This document shows positions 1-11,254 of a stretch of DNA of 64,000 nucleotides, in pieces. The notes under the pieces were generated by a model, which did no database searches, was not told where the DNA came from, and saw only the letters and a program-made list of their open reading frames with translations. Location: contig CM059435.1 of the NCBI GenBank assembly GCA_030390025.1, forward strand, positions 97,774,001-97,838,000. Reading direction: 5' to 3'. The DNA comes from Squalus acanthias (Eukaryota). Both the position numbers and the translations under genes were made by a program. Position 1 is the first letter of the stretch. Each line of letters starts with the position of its first letter.

Positions 1-1060
1 TCTAAAATAGTCTTCTCCCTGGTTGGTTCCACAGCGTATTGTTCCAAGAAATCATCCCTTATTCACTCTAAGAACTCTTCCTCAAGTCTACCTTTGCCAA
101 TTTGCTTTGCCCAATCAATATGAAGATTAAAATCTCCAATGATTATAGCCGTACCTTTCTTACAAGCCTCTATTATTTCTTGATTTATACTCTGTCGTAC
201 AGTGTGGCTACTGTTTGGGGGCCTGTAGACCACTCCCACCAGTGACTTCTTACCCTTATTATTTCCTATCTCCACCCAAACTGATTCTACATCTTGATCT
301 TCTAAGCCAATATCATTTCTCATTACTGCACTGATCTCATCCCTTATTAACAGAGCTACACCACCTCCTTTTCCTTTCTGCCTATCCTTACGAAATGGCA
401 AATACCCCTGAATATTCAGTTCCCAGCCTTGGTCACCTTGCAACCACTTCTCTGTAATGACTATCAGATCATACCCATTTATTTCTATTTGTGCTGTCAA
501 ATCATCTATCTTGTTACGAATGCTGCGTGCGTTCAGATATAGAGCTTTTAATTTTGTCTTTTTACCATTATTCCCTTCTCTGACCCCTCTTTCTGATGCA
601 CTCTTATGTGTATACGCTCTGTCCCTTCGTGTCACACTCTGGTTATCGTTACCCTTATCGCTACCCTGCACTTTTGCCTTCTCATTTTTCTTTGACTTTT
701 TTAATTTCCGCTCAGCGTATACCCCCCCCCCACCCCACCCCCCCACTATTTAGTTTAAAGCCCTATCTACAGCCCTAGTTATTCGATTCGCCAGGACACT
801 GGTCCCAGCCTGGTTCAAATGAAGCCCGTCCCAATGGAACAGCTCCGTCTTATCCCAGTACTGGTACCAGTGCCCCAAGAATCGAAACCCATTTCTCCCA
901 CACCCATCTTTGAGCCACTCGTTCATCTCTCTGATCTTATTTACCCTATGCCAATTTGCACGTGGCTCAGGTACTAATCCAGAGATTATTACCTTTGTGG
1001 TTCTGCTTTTTAATTTAGCCCCTAGCTGCTCATACTCCCTCAGCAGAACCTTTCTTTGTC
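1..1060 (-). mobile_element. CR1 LINE fragment: 3' part of ORF1 (SGNH esterase-like) plus start of ORF2 (APE endonuclease); runs off the window edge
   Basis: ORF 63..746 has APE motifs YLNARSI, VITEKWL, GVVYRPP and IIGDFN. The minus strand at ~760-1050 reads WDGLHLNQAG...RALN*, the DxxH motif of CR1 ORF1 esterases. Confidence 0.92.
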
Positions 1061-1232
1061 CTACCTTTCTTTGTCACACAGGGGGATCCCCACTAACCTC
1101 CGTTGATTTGAATTGAAGGTCGGAAAAGCCGAAGTTCTCGACACAGGGATCACGAGATCCTTGTGCGACGCGTACTTCGGGGCCAGCCGTGAACGCCTTT
1201 GCTTCGCTGCTGACCGCAAATTCTGAGCCATT

Positions 1233-2977
1233 GGCTGCGATTTCACCGACCAGGTCGGTGTCGCAGTCCCAGCCCACTGCCTACTGCAGCCCACACTCTC
1301 CAAGCGATTTTTCATTGGTTGGGCTTGTTAAGCCCGCCCTGCGAGATTCCCGACCAATTAATAGGAAGCGGGTCTGATGACGTCATTTGATGACGTGTCA
1401 TCAGCCAGTTTCCTTAAAGGGACTATGCACAAATTGATTTTGACAGTTCTGCTGTCAGTGTTCTACAGCATTGAGGTGCTGCAAACACTGACAATCACTG
1501 CACAGAGGTGCACGGCTGCACCCAGGCTCCCCCATGACTCCCTCCATATGCAGGAAGGTTCTCTTCCCTTCCCATGGGCGGAAGAGACCTCCCCAGGAGA
1601 TCAACGCAGCCTGGTTGCACATTGCACAGGAGAACACAAGCAGGGATTTCGTCAGGAGGACCAGGCTTCAGTGGCGCAAAACTTTCAATGACCTGAGCAG
1701 ATCACGAAACGTTACTGCCAAGCCACACGCAACCTCATCCTGCTGTGCCATTCATCACATCCCCATCACTCTGCCTTCCCTACCCGACTCCTGCACATCC
1801 TTACTCACACCAACTTACCTTGCACCTCCACCCATCCCTCTCTATCTACATTCTCACGTCCCCATCTCACTAGCCACCCCTCACACTCACCCTCAACCTA
1901 CTGCAAGCATACCAACTAATAACACACAAGGGTAGGTACTTGGGTGGTTTAGCCAATGTTCATGAGAAGTTTCTGTTAATGTGGTGTCAAACATTGAAAC
2001 CTTTATTTTCAGCACTTTGCCTTCTTGGACAGATTTGTGTGCACCTTTGGAAGTGGCTTAGTGAGTTCCAGTGAATGGTGAGACATAACGATAACCCCTC
2101 CGCCCCCCCGCCCCCCCACTGCAATGGTGACGAGTGTGAAAGGAATAGCTTGGGCATTTGTAGGGATGCTTTATGGTGTTGGTGCTGCTGGTGGTGCCAA
2201 CCTGGCACATTATGTAGCAGCCAGGGTGTACAGCATCAAGTGAAGTAAATCTGGCCATAGTGAGGCCATCCCTGGCATTCCAGGCAGCAATGTGGTCGGG
2301 TGCTGATGCCCTCTGTCCTGTGCAGCATCAGGTGCTTGCGGAGAAGGTTGGTATTGTTGTTGGTGATGTTGGTGTGCCTGGTGATGTTGGTGTTGGGAAT
2401 TCAGAGGACCAAGGTGAGATTTTTTCAAGGGCACCGATGTTGCTGGAATAGATGGCAGCTGAAGTTGAGATGACAGAAGCGATCTGTCAGTGGTGAGAGA
2501 GCTTGCTCCAAGGAGGTGACAGTGGCTAGAGAGTTTACTCCAAACACTTCCAAGCTGCATAAAGCTCAAAAGTGTCTTCCAATTCCTGAAGGCTCCAGCT
2601 TCTGACATTGGAAAGTGAACAGCTGTGAAATGGTAGCTTTTATACTACTTTTGCAGCTGTCGCCTATTCACAGCAATGGGGAGACATAGAGAACCCGACA
2701 CACTTACCTGACATGATCTCTGAATGTCGTGAAGCCTGTTAAAAAAGTGGTAAAATAGAAATAGGCTGGCAAAATAGTAGTTAACAAGCATTTAACTATT
2801 TTAAATGCCTCCCCTGCTGCTTGGTGTCGGGTCTGTTCTGAAATCACAGACCCGACACTTTGGAAACTTACATGGAGGCGGGTACGGAGCAGGTTCCCAA
2901 CCTGCTGTCAATCATTTCGATTTTGACAGTGGACCCGCCTCCGAACCCACACTGTGAGCACCGGCAAAATCGCGGCC
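1233..2977 (+). mobile_element. Non-autonomous PIF/Harbinger element (~1.75 kb family), copy A
   Basis: Ends GGCTGCGATTT / AAAATCGCGGCC; 3-bp TSD ATT (1230-1232, 2978-2980). Myb/SANT-like exon remnant on + (AAPRLPHDSL...AWLHIAQE...LQWRKTFNDL). Confidence 0.88.
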
Positions 2978-3184
2978 ATTATTTCTTCTTTATTCAATAT
3001 TCAGTGACTTGTCAGTTTCATTGGTATACATTGCTGCATTTCACTTGTTTTAAATGAAGCAACAAAGATAATCTGTATATACGGATGAAACGTCTGAACA
3101 ATGGAAGATTAATTTAAATGGTAGTGCAATTACTATTTTATCAGGAAATGTATTGTTTTATTAAATCCTAAGTACAATACAATC

Positions 3185-5822
3185 TTTTTTTTATTCGTTC
3201 CTGGGATGTGGACATCGCTGACAAGGCCAACATTTATTGCCCATCCCTAATTGCCCTTGAGAAGGTGGTGGTGAGTCGCCTTAATGAACCGCTGCAGTCA
3301 GCATGGTGAAGGTACTCCCACAGTGCTCTTAGAGAGGGAGTTCCAGGATTGTGACCCAGCGACTATGAAGCAACGGCGATATATTTCCAAGTCAGGATGG
3401 TGTGTGACTTGGAGGAAAACTTGGAGATGATGGTGTTCCCATGCGCCTGCTGCCCTTGACCTTCTAGGTGGTAGAGGTCGTGGGTTTGGGAGGTGCTGTC
3501 GAAGAAGCTGCAATGCATCTTATAGATGGTGTACACTGCAGCCACCGTGCGCCGGTGGTGGAGGGAGTGAATGTTTAAGGTGGTGGATGGGGTGCCAATC
3601 AAGCGGGCTTCTTTGTCCTGGATGGTGTTGAGCTTCTTGAGTGTTGTTCGAGCTGTACTCATCCAGACAAGTGGAGAGTATTCCATCACACTCCTGACTT
3701 GTGCCTTGTAGATGGTGGAAAGGCTTTGGGGAGTCAGGAGGTGAGACACTCGTCACAGAATAACCAGCCTCTGACATGGTCTTGTGGCCGCAGTATTTAT
3801 GTGGCTGGTCCAGTTAAGTTTCTGGTCAACGGTGACCCCCCAGGATGTTGATGTTGGGGGATTCGGCAATGGTAATGCCGTTGAATGTCAAGGGGCGGTG
3901 GTTAGATGCTCTCTTGCTGGAGATAGTCATTGTCTGGCACTTGTGTGGCGCGAATGTTACTTGCCACTTATCAGCCCAAGCCTGAATGTTGCCTGAGTGT
4001 TGTAGCTGTACTGGAACAGCTTGGCGAAAGGCGTGGCTAGTTCTGGAGCAAAAGTCTTCACCACGACAGCCGGGATATTGTCGGGGCCCATAGCCTTTGC
4101 TGTATCCAGTGTGCTCAGCGTTTCTTGATATTATGTGGAGTGAATCGAATTGGCTGAAGACTGGCTTCTGTGATGGTGGGGACCTCAGGAGGAGGCCGAT
4201 ATGGATCATCCACTCGGCACTTCTGGCTGAAGATGGTTGCAAACACTTCAGCCGTGTCCTTTGCACTCGAGTGCTGGGCTCCGCATCATTGAGGATGGGG
4301 ATGTTAATGGAGCCTCCTCCTCCCGCCAGTTGTTTAATGGTCCATCACCATTCATGACTGGAAGTGGCAGGACTGCAGAGCATTGATTTGATCCATTGGT
4401 TATGGGATCGCTTATCCCTATCTATAGCATGCTGCTTCCGTTGTTTAGCATGCATGTAGTCCTGTGTTGCAGCTTCCCCAGGTTGGCACCTCATTTTTAG
4501 TTATGCCTGGTGCTGCTCCTGACATGCTCTTCTACACTCCTCATTGAACCAGGGTTGGTCCCCTGGCTTGATGTTAATGGTAGAGTGAGGGATATGCCGG
4601 GCTACAAGGTCACAGATTGTGGTGGAATACAATTCTGCTGCTGCTGATGGCTCACAGCGCCTCATAGATGCCCAATTTTGAGCTGCTAGATCTGTTCTGA
4701 ATCTATCCCATTTAGCACGGTGGTAGTGCCACACAACATGATGGAGGGTGGTCCTCAGTGTGAAGTTGGGACTTCGTCTCCACAATGACTGTGCGGTCAC
4801 TGCTACCAATACTGTCATGGACAGACGCCTCTGTGACAGGTAGATTGGTGAGGACGAGGTCAAGTAGGTTTTTCCTTTGTGTTGGTTCTCTCACCACCTA
4901 CCACAGGCCCAGTCTGGCAGCTACGTCCTTCAGGATTCATCCAGCTTGGTCAGTATTGGTGCTACTGAGACACTCTTGGTGATGGACATTGAAGTCCCAC
5001 ACCCAGAGTACATTCTGTGCCCTTGCTACCCTCAGTGCTCCAAGTGATGTTCAACATGGAGGAGTACTGATTCATCAGCTGTGGGAGGGCGGTAGGTGGT
5101 AATCAGCAGTAGGTTTCCTTGCCCATGTTTGACCTGATGCCATGAGACTTCATGGGGTCCGGAGTCAATGTTGACGACTCCCAGGGCCACTCCCTCCCCA
5201 CTGTATACCACTGTGCCACCACTTCTGGTGGGTGTGACCTGCCGGTGGGACAGGACATACCCTGGGATGCTGATGGAGGAGTCTAGGACATTGGCTGAAA
5301 GGTATGATTCTGCTAGTATGACTATGTCAGGCTGTTGCTTGACTAGTCTGTGGGACAGCTCTCCCAATTTTGGCACAAGTCCCCAGATGTTAGTGAGGAG
5401 GACTTTGCAGGGTCGACTGGGCTGGGTGTGCCGTTGTCGTATCCGAAGCCGGTGCCGGGTGCTCCGTCTGGTTTTATTCTTATTATTGTTTCTTGTAGCA
5501 ATTTGTTACAACTGAGTGACTTGCTAGGCCATTTCAGAAGGCAGTTAAGAGTCAACCACATTGCTGTAGGTCTGGAGTCACATATAGGCCAGACCAGGTA
5601 AGGGCAGCAGCTTTCCTTCCCTAAAGGACATTAGTGAACCAGATGGGTTTTTATGACAATCTGGTAGTTTCATGGTCACCAAGCTTTTTATTCCAGATTC
5701 AGAAATTAACTGAATTAAAATTCCACAGCTGCCATGGTGGGATTTGAATTTACGTCTCCGGATTATTAGTCCAGGCCTCTGGATTACTAGTCCAGTAACA
5801 TAACCACTATGCTACCATTCCC
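3185..5822 (-). mobile_element. APE+RT non-LTR retrotransposon with tRNA-like 5' head, internally deleted (RT core missing near 3990), copy 1
   Basis: APE motifs (TNIWGL, DIVILAESYL, TTYRPP, LLDLVLTN). C-terminal MEYSPL...LHHRRTVAA. 3' end has AATAAA and an A-tail (T-run 3185-3192). tRNA-like head at ~5730-5822. Confidence 0.9.
5730..5822 (-). promoter_or_regulatory. tRNA-derived (Thr-AGT-like) Pol III-type head at the LINE 5' end
   Basis: A-box-like TAGCATAGTGG; anticodon arm CTGGA-CTAGTAA-TCCAG (5779-5795) with a duplicated arm (5758-5774); degenerate B-box ATTCAAATCCC. Confidence 0.7.
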
Positions 5823-6107
5823 GAAATCAATATAGAATTTATTAGTTCAACTGTTACATAAAGTGTTTCCTTTTAATACAGTGCTTTTCAAAAACTAGTG
5901 AACTATTTTTGGAGAGAATACTTAAAGAAATTCAATCTCAAGAATGCCTTTGCCAATTCCCTTTGCTGCAGAGCTATCCCTTGGCTCCCCCCTTCTGATT
6001 CGCTATGCTTGCTGTGGCATTTTCGAATACGTTTCTAAATTTCAAAATTTTAGCATAAATTCACCACTGGGGGATCGGGGTGTACAGTAATATAACTTAT
6101 GGCATTT

Positions 6108-7160
6108 TTAAAATATTCGTTCCTGGGATGTGGGCATCGCTGGCAAGGCCAGCATTTATTGCCCGTCCCTAATTACCCTTGAGAAGGTGGTGGTGAGCTG
6201 CCTTCTTGAACCATTGCAGTCCATTGTGGTGAAGGTACTCCCACAGTGCTGTTAGCGAGGGAGTTCCAGGATTTTGACCCAGCACCAATGAAGGAACGGC
6301 GATATACTTCCAAGTCAGGATGGTGTGTAACTTGGAGGGGAACTTGGAGGTGATGGTGTTCCCATGCGCCTGCTGCCCTTGTCCTTCTAGGAGGTAGAGG
6401 TCGCGGGTTTGGGAGGTGCTGCCGAAGAAGCCTTGGCAAGTTGCTGCAGTGCATCTTGTAGATGGTACACACTGCAGCCACGGTACGCCGGTGGTGGAGG
6501 GAGTGAATGTTTAAGGTGGTGGATGGGGTGCCAATCAAGCGGGCTGCTTTGTCCTGGATGGTGTTGAGCTTCTTGAGTGTTGTTGGAGCTGCTCTCATCC
6601 AGGCAAGTGGAGAGTATTCCATCACACTCCTGATTTGTGCCGGTGGGACAGGACATACCCAGGGATGGTGATGGAGGAATCTGGGACATTGGCTGAAAGG
6701 TATGATTCTGTGAGTATGACTATGTCAGGCTGTTGCTTGACTAGTCTGTGGTACAGCTCTCCCAATTTTGGCACAAGTCCCCAGATGTTAGTGGGGAGGG
6801 CTTTGCAGGGTCGACTGTGCCATTGTCGTGTCCGAACCGGTGCCGAGGCCGATGCCGGGTGGTCCGTCCAGTTTTATTCTTATTATTGTTTTTCGTAGCG
6901 GTTGTGTACAACTGAGTGGCTTGCTAGGCCATTTCAGACGGCAGTTAAGAGTCAACCACATTGCTGTGGGTCTGCAGACACATATAGGCCAGACCAGGTA
7001 AGGAAGGCAGATTTCCTTCCCTAAAGGACATTAGTGAACCAGATGGGTTCCCCCTGATACCCATTGACCAGCTGCCGTGGTGGGATTTGGTCTCACATCT
7101 CTGGATCATAAGTCCAGGCCTCTGGATTACTAGTCCAGTAAGCTAACCACTATGCTACCG
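6108..7160 (-). mobile_element. Bipartite ~1.05 kb deletion derivative of the tRNA-headed LINE (head + APE start fused to 3' tail), copy 2
   Basis: 6108-6640 matches the 3' end of copy 1; 6638-7160 matches its 5' part. The junction lies at TGCC (6638-6641). Confidence 0.88.
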
Positions 7161-7274
7161 CTATGTCACCAATATTGTCATTACAGGAAATTCCCAACCA
7201 AGAAACCATTTAGTGACATAAACATTATTTTTCTCGGCTTGTATCATTAACGACTCGGGTTGTACTTTCTAAAA

Positions 7275-8670
7275 TATATTCATTTATGGGATGTGGGCAT
7301 CTCTGGCAAGGCCAGCATTTATGCCCATCCCTAATTGCCCTTGAGAAGGTGGTGGTGAGCTGCCTTCTTGAACCACTGCAGTCCACATGCTGAAGGTACT
7401 CCCACAGTGCTGTTAGTGAAGGAGTTCCAGGATTTTGACCCAGTGACGATGAAGGAACGGTGATATATTCCCAAGCCAGGATGGTGTGTGGCTTGGAGGG
7501 GAACTTGGAGGTGGTGGTGTTCCCATGAGCCTGCTGCCCTTGCCCTTCTAGGTGGTAGAGGTCACGGGTTTGGGAGGTGCTGCTGAAGAAGCCTTGGTGA
7601 ATTGCTGCAGTGCATCTTGTAGATGGTACACACTGCAGCCACGGTACGCCGGTGGTGGAGGCGGTGAATGTTTAAGGTGGTGGATGGGGTGCCAATCAAG
7701 TGGGCTGCTTTGTCCTGGATGGTGTCGAGCTTCTTGAGTGTTGTTGGAGCTGCACTCACCCAGGCAAGTGGAGAGTATTCCATCACACTCCTGACTTGTG
7801 CCTTGTAGGTGGTAGAAAGACTTTGGGGAGTCAGGAGGTGAGATACTCGCCACACAACACCCAGCCTCTGACTTGCTCTTGTAGCCACAGTATTTATGTG
7901 GCTGGTCCAGTTAAGTTTCTGGTCAATGGTAACCCCCCAGGATCTTGATGGTGGACATTCGACGATGATAATGCCGTTGAATGTCAAGGGGAGGTGGTTA
8001 GACTCTCTCTTGTTGCCTGGCACTTCTGTGGCGCGAATGTTACCTGCCACTTATCAGCCCAAGCCTAAATGTCATCCAGGTCTTACTGCATGTGGGCATG
8101 GACTGCTTCTTTATCTGAGGAGTTGCAATTGAACTGAACACTGCAATCATCAGTGAACATCCCCACTTCTGACCTTATGAAGGAGGGAAGGTCATTGATG
8201 AAGCAGCTGAAGTTGGTTGGAACTCCTGCAGCGATGTCCTGGGCTGAGATGATTGGCCTCTAACAACCACAATCATCTTCCTTTGTGCTAGGTATGACTG
8301 CAACCAGTGGAAAGTTTTCCCCCGATTCCCAATTACATAAATTTTACTCGGGCTCCTTGATGCCACACTCAGTCTAATGCTGCCTTGATGTCAAGGGCAG
8401 TCACTCTCACCTCCCCTCTGGAATTCAGCTCTTTTGTCCATGTTTGGACCAAGGCTGTAATGAGATCTGGAGCCAAGTGGTCCTGGCAGAATCCAAACTG
8501 CGCATCGGTTAGCAGGTTATAGGTGAGTAAGTGCTGCTTGATAGCACTGTCGACGACACCTTCCATCACTTTGCTGATGATTGAGAGTAGAATGATGTGG
8601 CAATAATTGGCTGGATTGGATTTCTCCTGCTTTTTCTGGGCAGGACATACCTGGGCAATTTTCCACATTG
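7275..8670 (-). mobile_element. 5'-truncated copy 3 of the same LINE, retaining a degraded RT core
   Basis: WKIAQVCP...NPANY...LSIISKVME...QFGF...ALDIKAA in ORF 8369..8677; same 3' end as copy 1. Confidence 0.9.
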
Positions 8671-9724
8671 ATATCATTGATTACAAAAGGCATCTACATT
8701 TTCAGAGCATCTAAATATCAATATCAAAACCTATAGCCCAATATGACTTTATTGCCTGAGTAACTTTACCAGCTCAAATCAGAAGACAGTGCTTAGTTGA
8801 CATCAGAATTGGTACAGTGGTACAAATAAAAGGATTTTAAAAAATTGTTTTTAAAATACATATAATCTGTTTTAGTAATCCAGTGGCTGACATGTTGAGT
8901 TCTTTTAGTTCTCAGCAGGCTATTCATGTACCAAATTTTACACTGACACAAATATCTCAAGCAAACAATGCTGGACTTCTGTAATTAGTTCAACATTGCC
9001 AGAAGCAAAGGCTCTCTTACTGAATGATAAGCTCACAGCTAAATTGGCATTTTTGTGCCGGATAGCTTTCTTACTGCTGAGGGGATGTGCGCTATACTGT
9101 ATGTTTCAACTAGTCTAATTTGTCATGGAACATACTGGGGCCTAAATTCAACATTGCTGCGCTCGTTTTACGAGCATAAAATGGGCGCAATGATAACCAA
9201 TTTAGTCGTGCTGAGGCCTGCGCCCAATCAGCAGAGGCATTCAAGCCATTGCTAAATTGGCTGTGTCCTTTTTTTAGGCAGCCCTGGCTAAAATCGTCAG
9301 GACGAGTCGGAGTATGACTGATATTTCTGCGTCTTGAGTTACCCAACTAGCGGTCCTTAAAGGGCCCGCTCGATGCCACTCAAAAAAAGGCTGCAAAACT
9401 TCAGAGATTTTGTGGAGTTGAAAGGAGCAGGAATGCTCATCCTGGCTCCACAAAACCAAGGCCACTTCACACTTCCTTTCTGCCCCTTTTTTGGCCTCCA
9501 AATGGCCAATTCCTGAAGAAGGCTTAAGTCAACACTATATTTACAAAAAAATGGCAGTGATTCACAGGTAGTCAGCAGCCCTTCAGTGTCCCACATGAGG
9601 CTTTCTGCGCATCATGTGCTACATGACAGGAGCATCATTAAAATATGTTAATAAGCTGCTGTCAAAATATTATGTGAGCAGCTCATTTTTGTGCAGGCTC
9701 TGTCCCAGGACTGTATTATAGTGT

Positions 9725-10015
9725 AATAAAAACAGAAAGTGTTGGAAATACTCAGCCGGTCAGGCAGCATCTGTGGAGAGAGAAACAGAGTTAACGTTTC
9801 AGGTCGATGACCTTTTGTCAGAATGGGAAAAAGTTAGAGATGTAACAGGTTTTAAGCAAGTGCAGGGTCAGGGAAAGGGGGAGGGAAGGAAAGAACAAAA
9901 GGGAAGGTCTGTGATAGGGTGGCGGGCAGGAGTGATTAAAAGACAAAAGGGATGATGATGCAAGGCAAAACAAGATGGTAATGGGACAAGTAAGAAACAA
10001 AAGATGGGTCTAGAT
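9725..10015 (-). mobile_element. Penelope-like element terminal fragment with decayed hammerhead core (9796-9822)
   Basis: Minus strand reads CTGACAA-A-AGGTC-ATC-GACCT-GAAAC-GTT, i.e. a CUGANGA/stem II/GAAA layout with one core substitution, followed by a PLE-type tail ending TTCTGTTTTTATT. Family assignment is from recognition. Confidence 0.7.
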
Positions 10016-10211
10016 ATTGTATTATACTGTATCTGGTCAGTAGATAAAGTCAAATTTAGCTTTCTAAGCATCTCTATGGGGCAATCTTCATTTCTTTACC
10101 ACCCCATTTACGCACAAAAATGGGGTGGTAGCAGATGGAAAATAAAATATCTGTTTCTCCTGGCCACTTAACACTGCTTTTACAGCTAACCTGATTTTTC
10201 AGAAGACATAA

Positions 10212-10625
10212 GGGGTGATTTTCTGAATGGGAAGCTTTTGGAGGCGGGACTCCCACTTGTCGGGTTTCGGTCCCGCCTCCATCAGCTTCACCCGCCCAGC
10301 GGGCTCAGCAGGCCAATTGGGGCGAAGGCACTTGCAGAGATGCCAACACCATATTCGAACCGCACCACTTCCTGCTCCCACCCACCAATCATGAGCAGTA
10401 CAAATCTTGAGGTGGCTATTTCATACGCTTTTTAGAGGGAAGCTTGCCGCTTCCATTCAAATGAGGCCGGATGCCGAATTTGGCTCGGGTTTTAGGCCAA
10501 CACGACCGGCACACAGAGCAATCGTTCCACCAACTCACTACCCATTTTAGGCGCAAGACGAATTCCCTCCACCACCACCCTCCCTCCCCACATGTACAGA
10601 GCCGTGAAGGGAAAATGAATGACAA
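10212..10625. mobile_element. Decayed Harbinger-type MITE
   Basis: TAA followed by GGGGTGATTTT, the same terminus as the 48855-49442 MITE; GC-rich body; right end degenerate. Confidence 0.45.
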
Positions 10626-10639
10626 ATGTCATTAAGTAT

Positions 10640-10805
10640 TTATACAGAGGATGACCAATATCTGGAACAGGCTGTCAGGAAAGGTAGTCAAGGCCAGGAC
10701 ACTACATCCATTGAAGAAACATCTAGATGCCATTCTGGGAACACAGCAGTGTTATTATTCTGGAACAATGAAACCAGATGGGCTGAAGGACCTTCTTCAC
10801 CTGGA
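10640..10805 (+). mobile_element. Old CR1 3' fragment
   Basis: Translates NIWNRLSGKVVKA...LKKHLD; ends in GATGGGCTGAAGGACCTTCTT tail motif. Confidence 0.65.
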
Positions 10806-11254
10806 TCTATCTTGTGTCACGCAGGACACTCTGTAATGTAAAGCTTGCATTATGTACATCACAATTTAATTCCAATCTGCATCAAAACTAATAAGGGACA
10901 AGAGGTTGAAGATAGGCAGAATTTGTCAATCCAGACTTTGTTATCCAAATGCATTTCTCAAAAAAAAGTCATCCCATTTCAGACTATGTTCATTATATTT
11001 ACATTTAATATTTGTGGTTAATATAATTTGCTGAATTTTCTTCTGCTACATAGTTAAATTGAACGGTCAATAAATATTTTAGTTGCTTTTCCTTGTAGAA
11101 ACTTCATTTAGTGTTTAATAATCCACCATTGCTGAAATTTTAATCCAATAACCAGATTAGGATAATTGTTAATTCTCAAATCACACAACTCTGAAAGGAC
11201 AGATTATTGAAAAGGTGCAGCTTCCAAATGAGAGGAGGGGAAAGTCCACACCTA

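Noticed and set aside
2330-2400. GGTGATGTT/GGTGCT low-complexity repeats, also in copies C and D, as a repeat-spacer array or Q/H-rich protein
   Set aside because: Short degenerate triplet-like repeats internal to the Harbinger derivative; no constant repeat with unique spacers.
5730-5822. Functional tRNA-Thr gene
   Set aside because: Duplicated anticodon arm, degenerate B-box, no clear acceptor stem, and it is attached to a retroelement.
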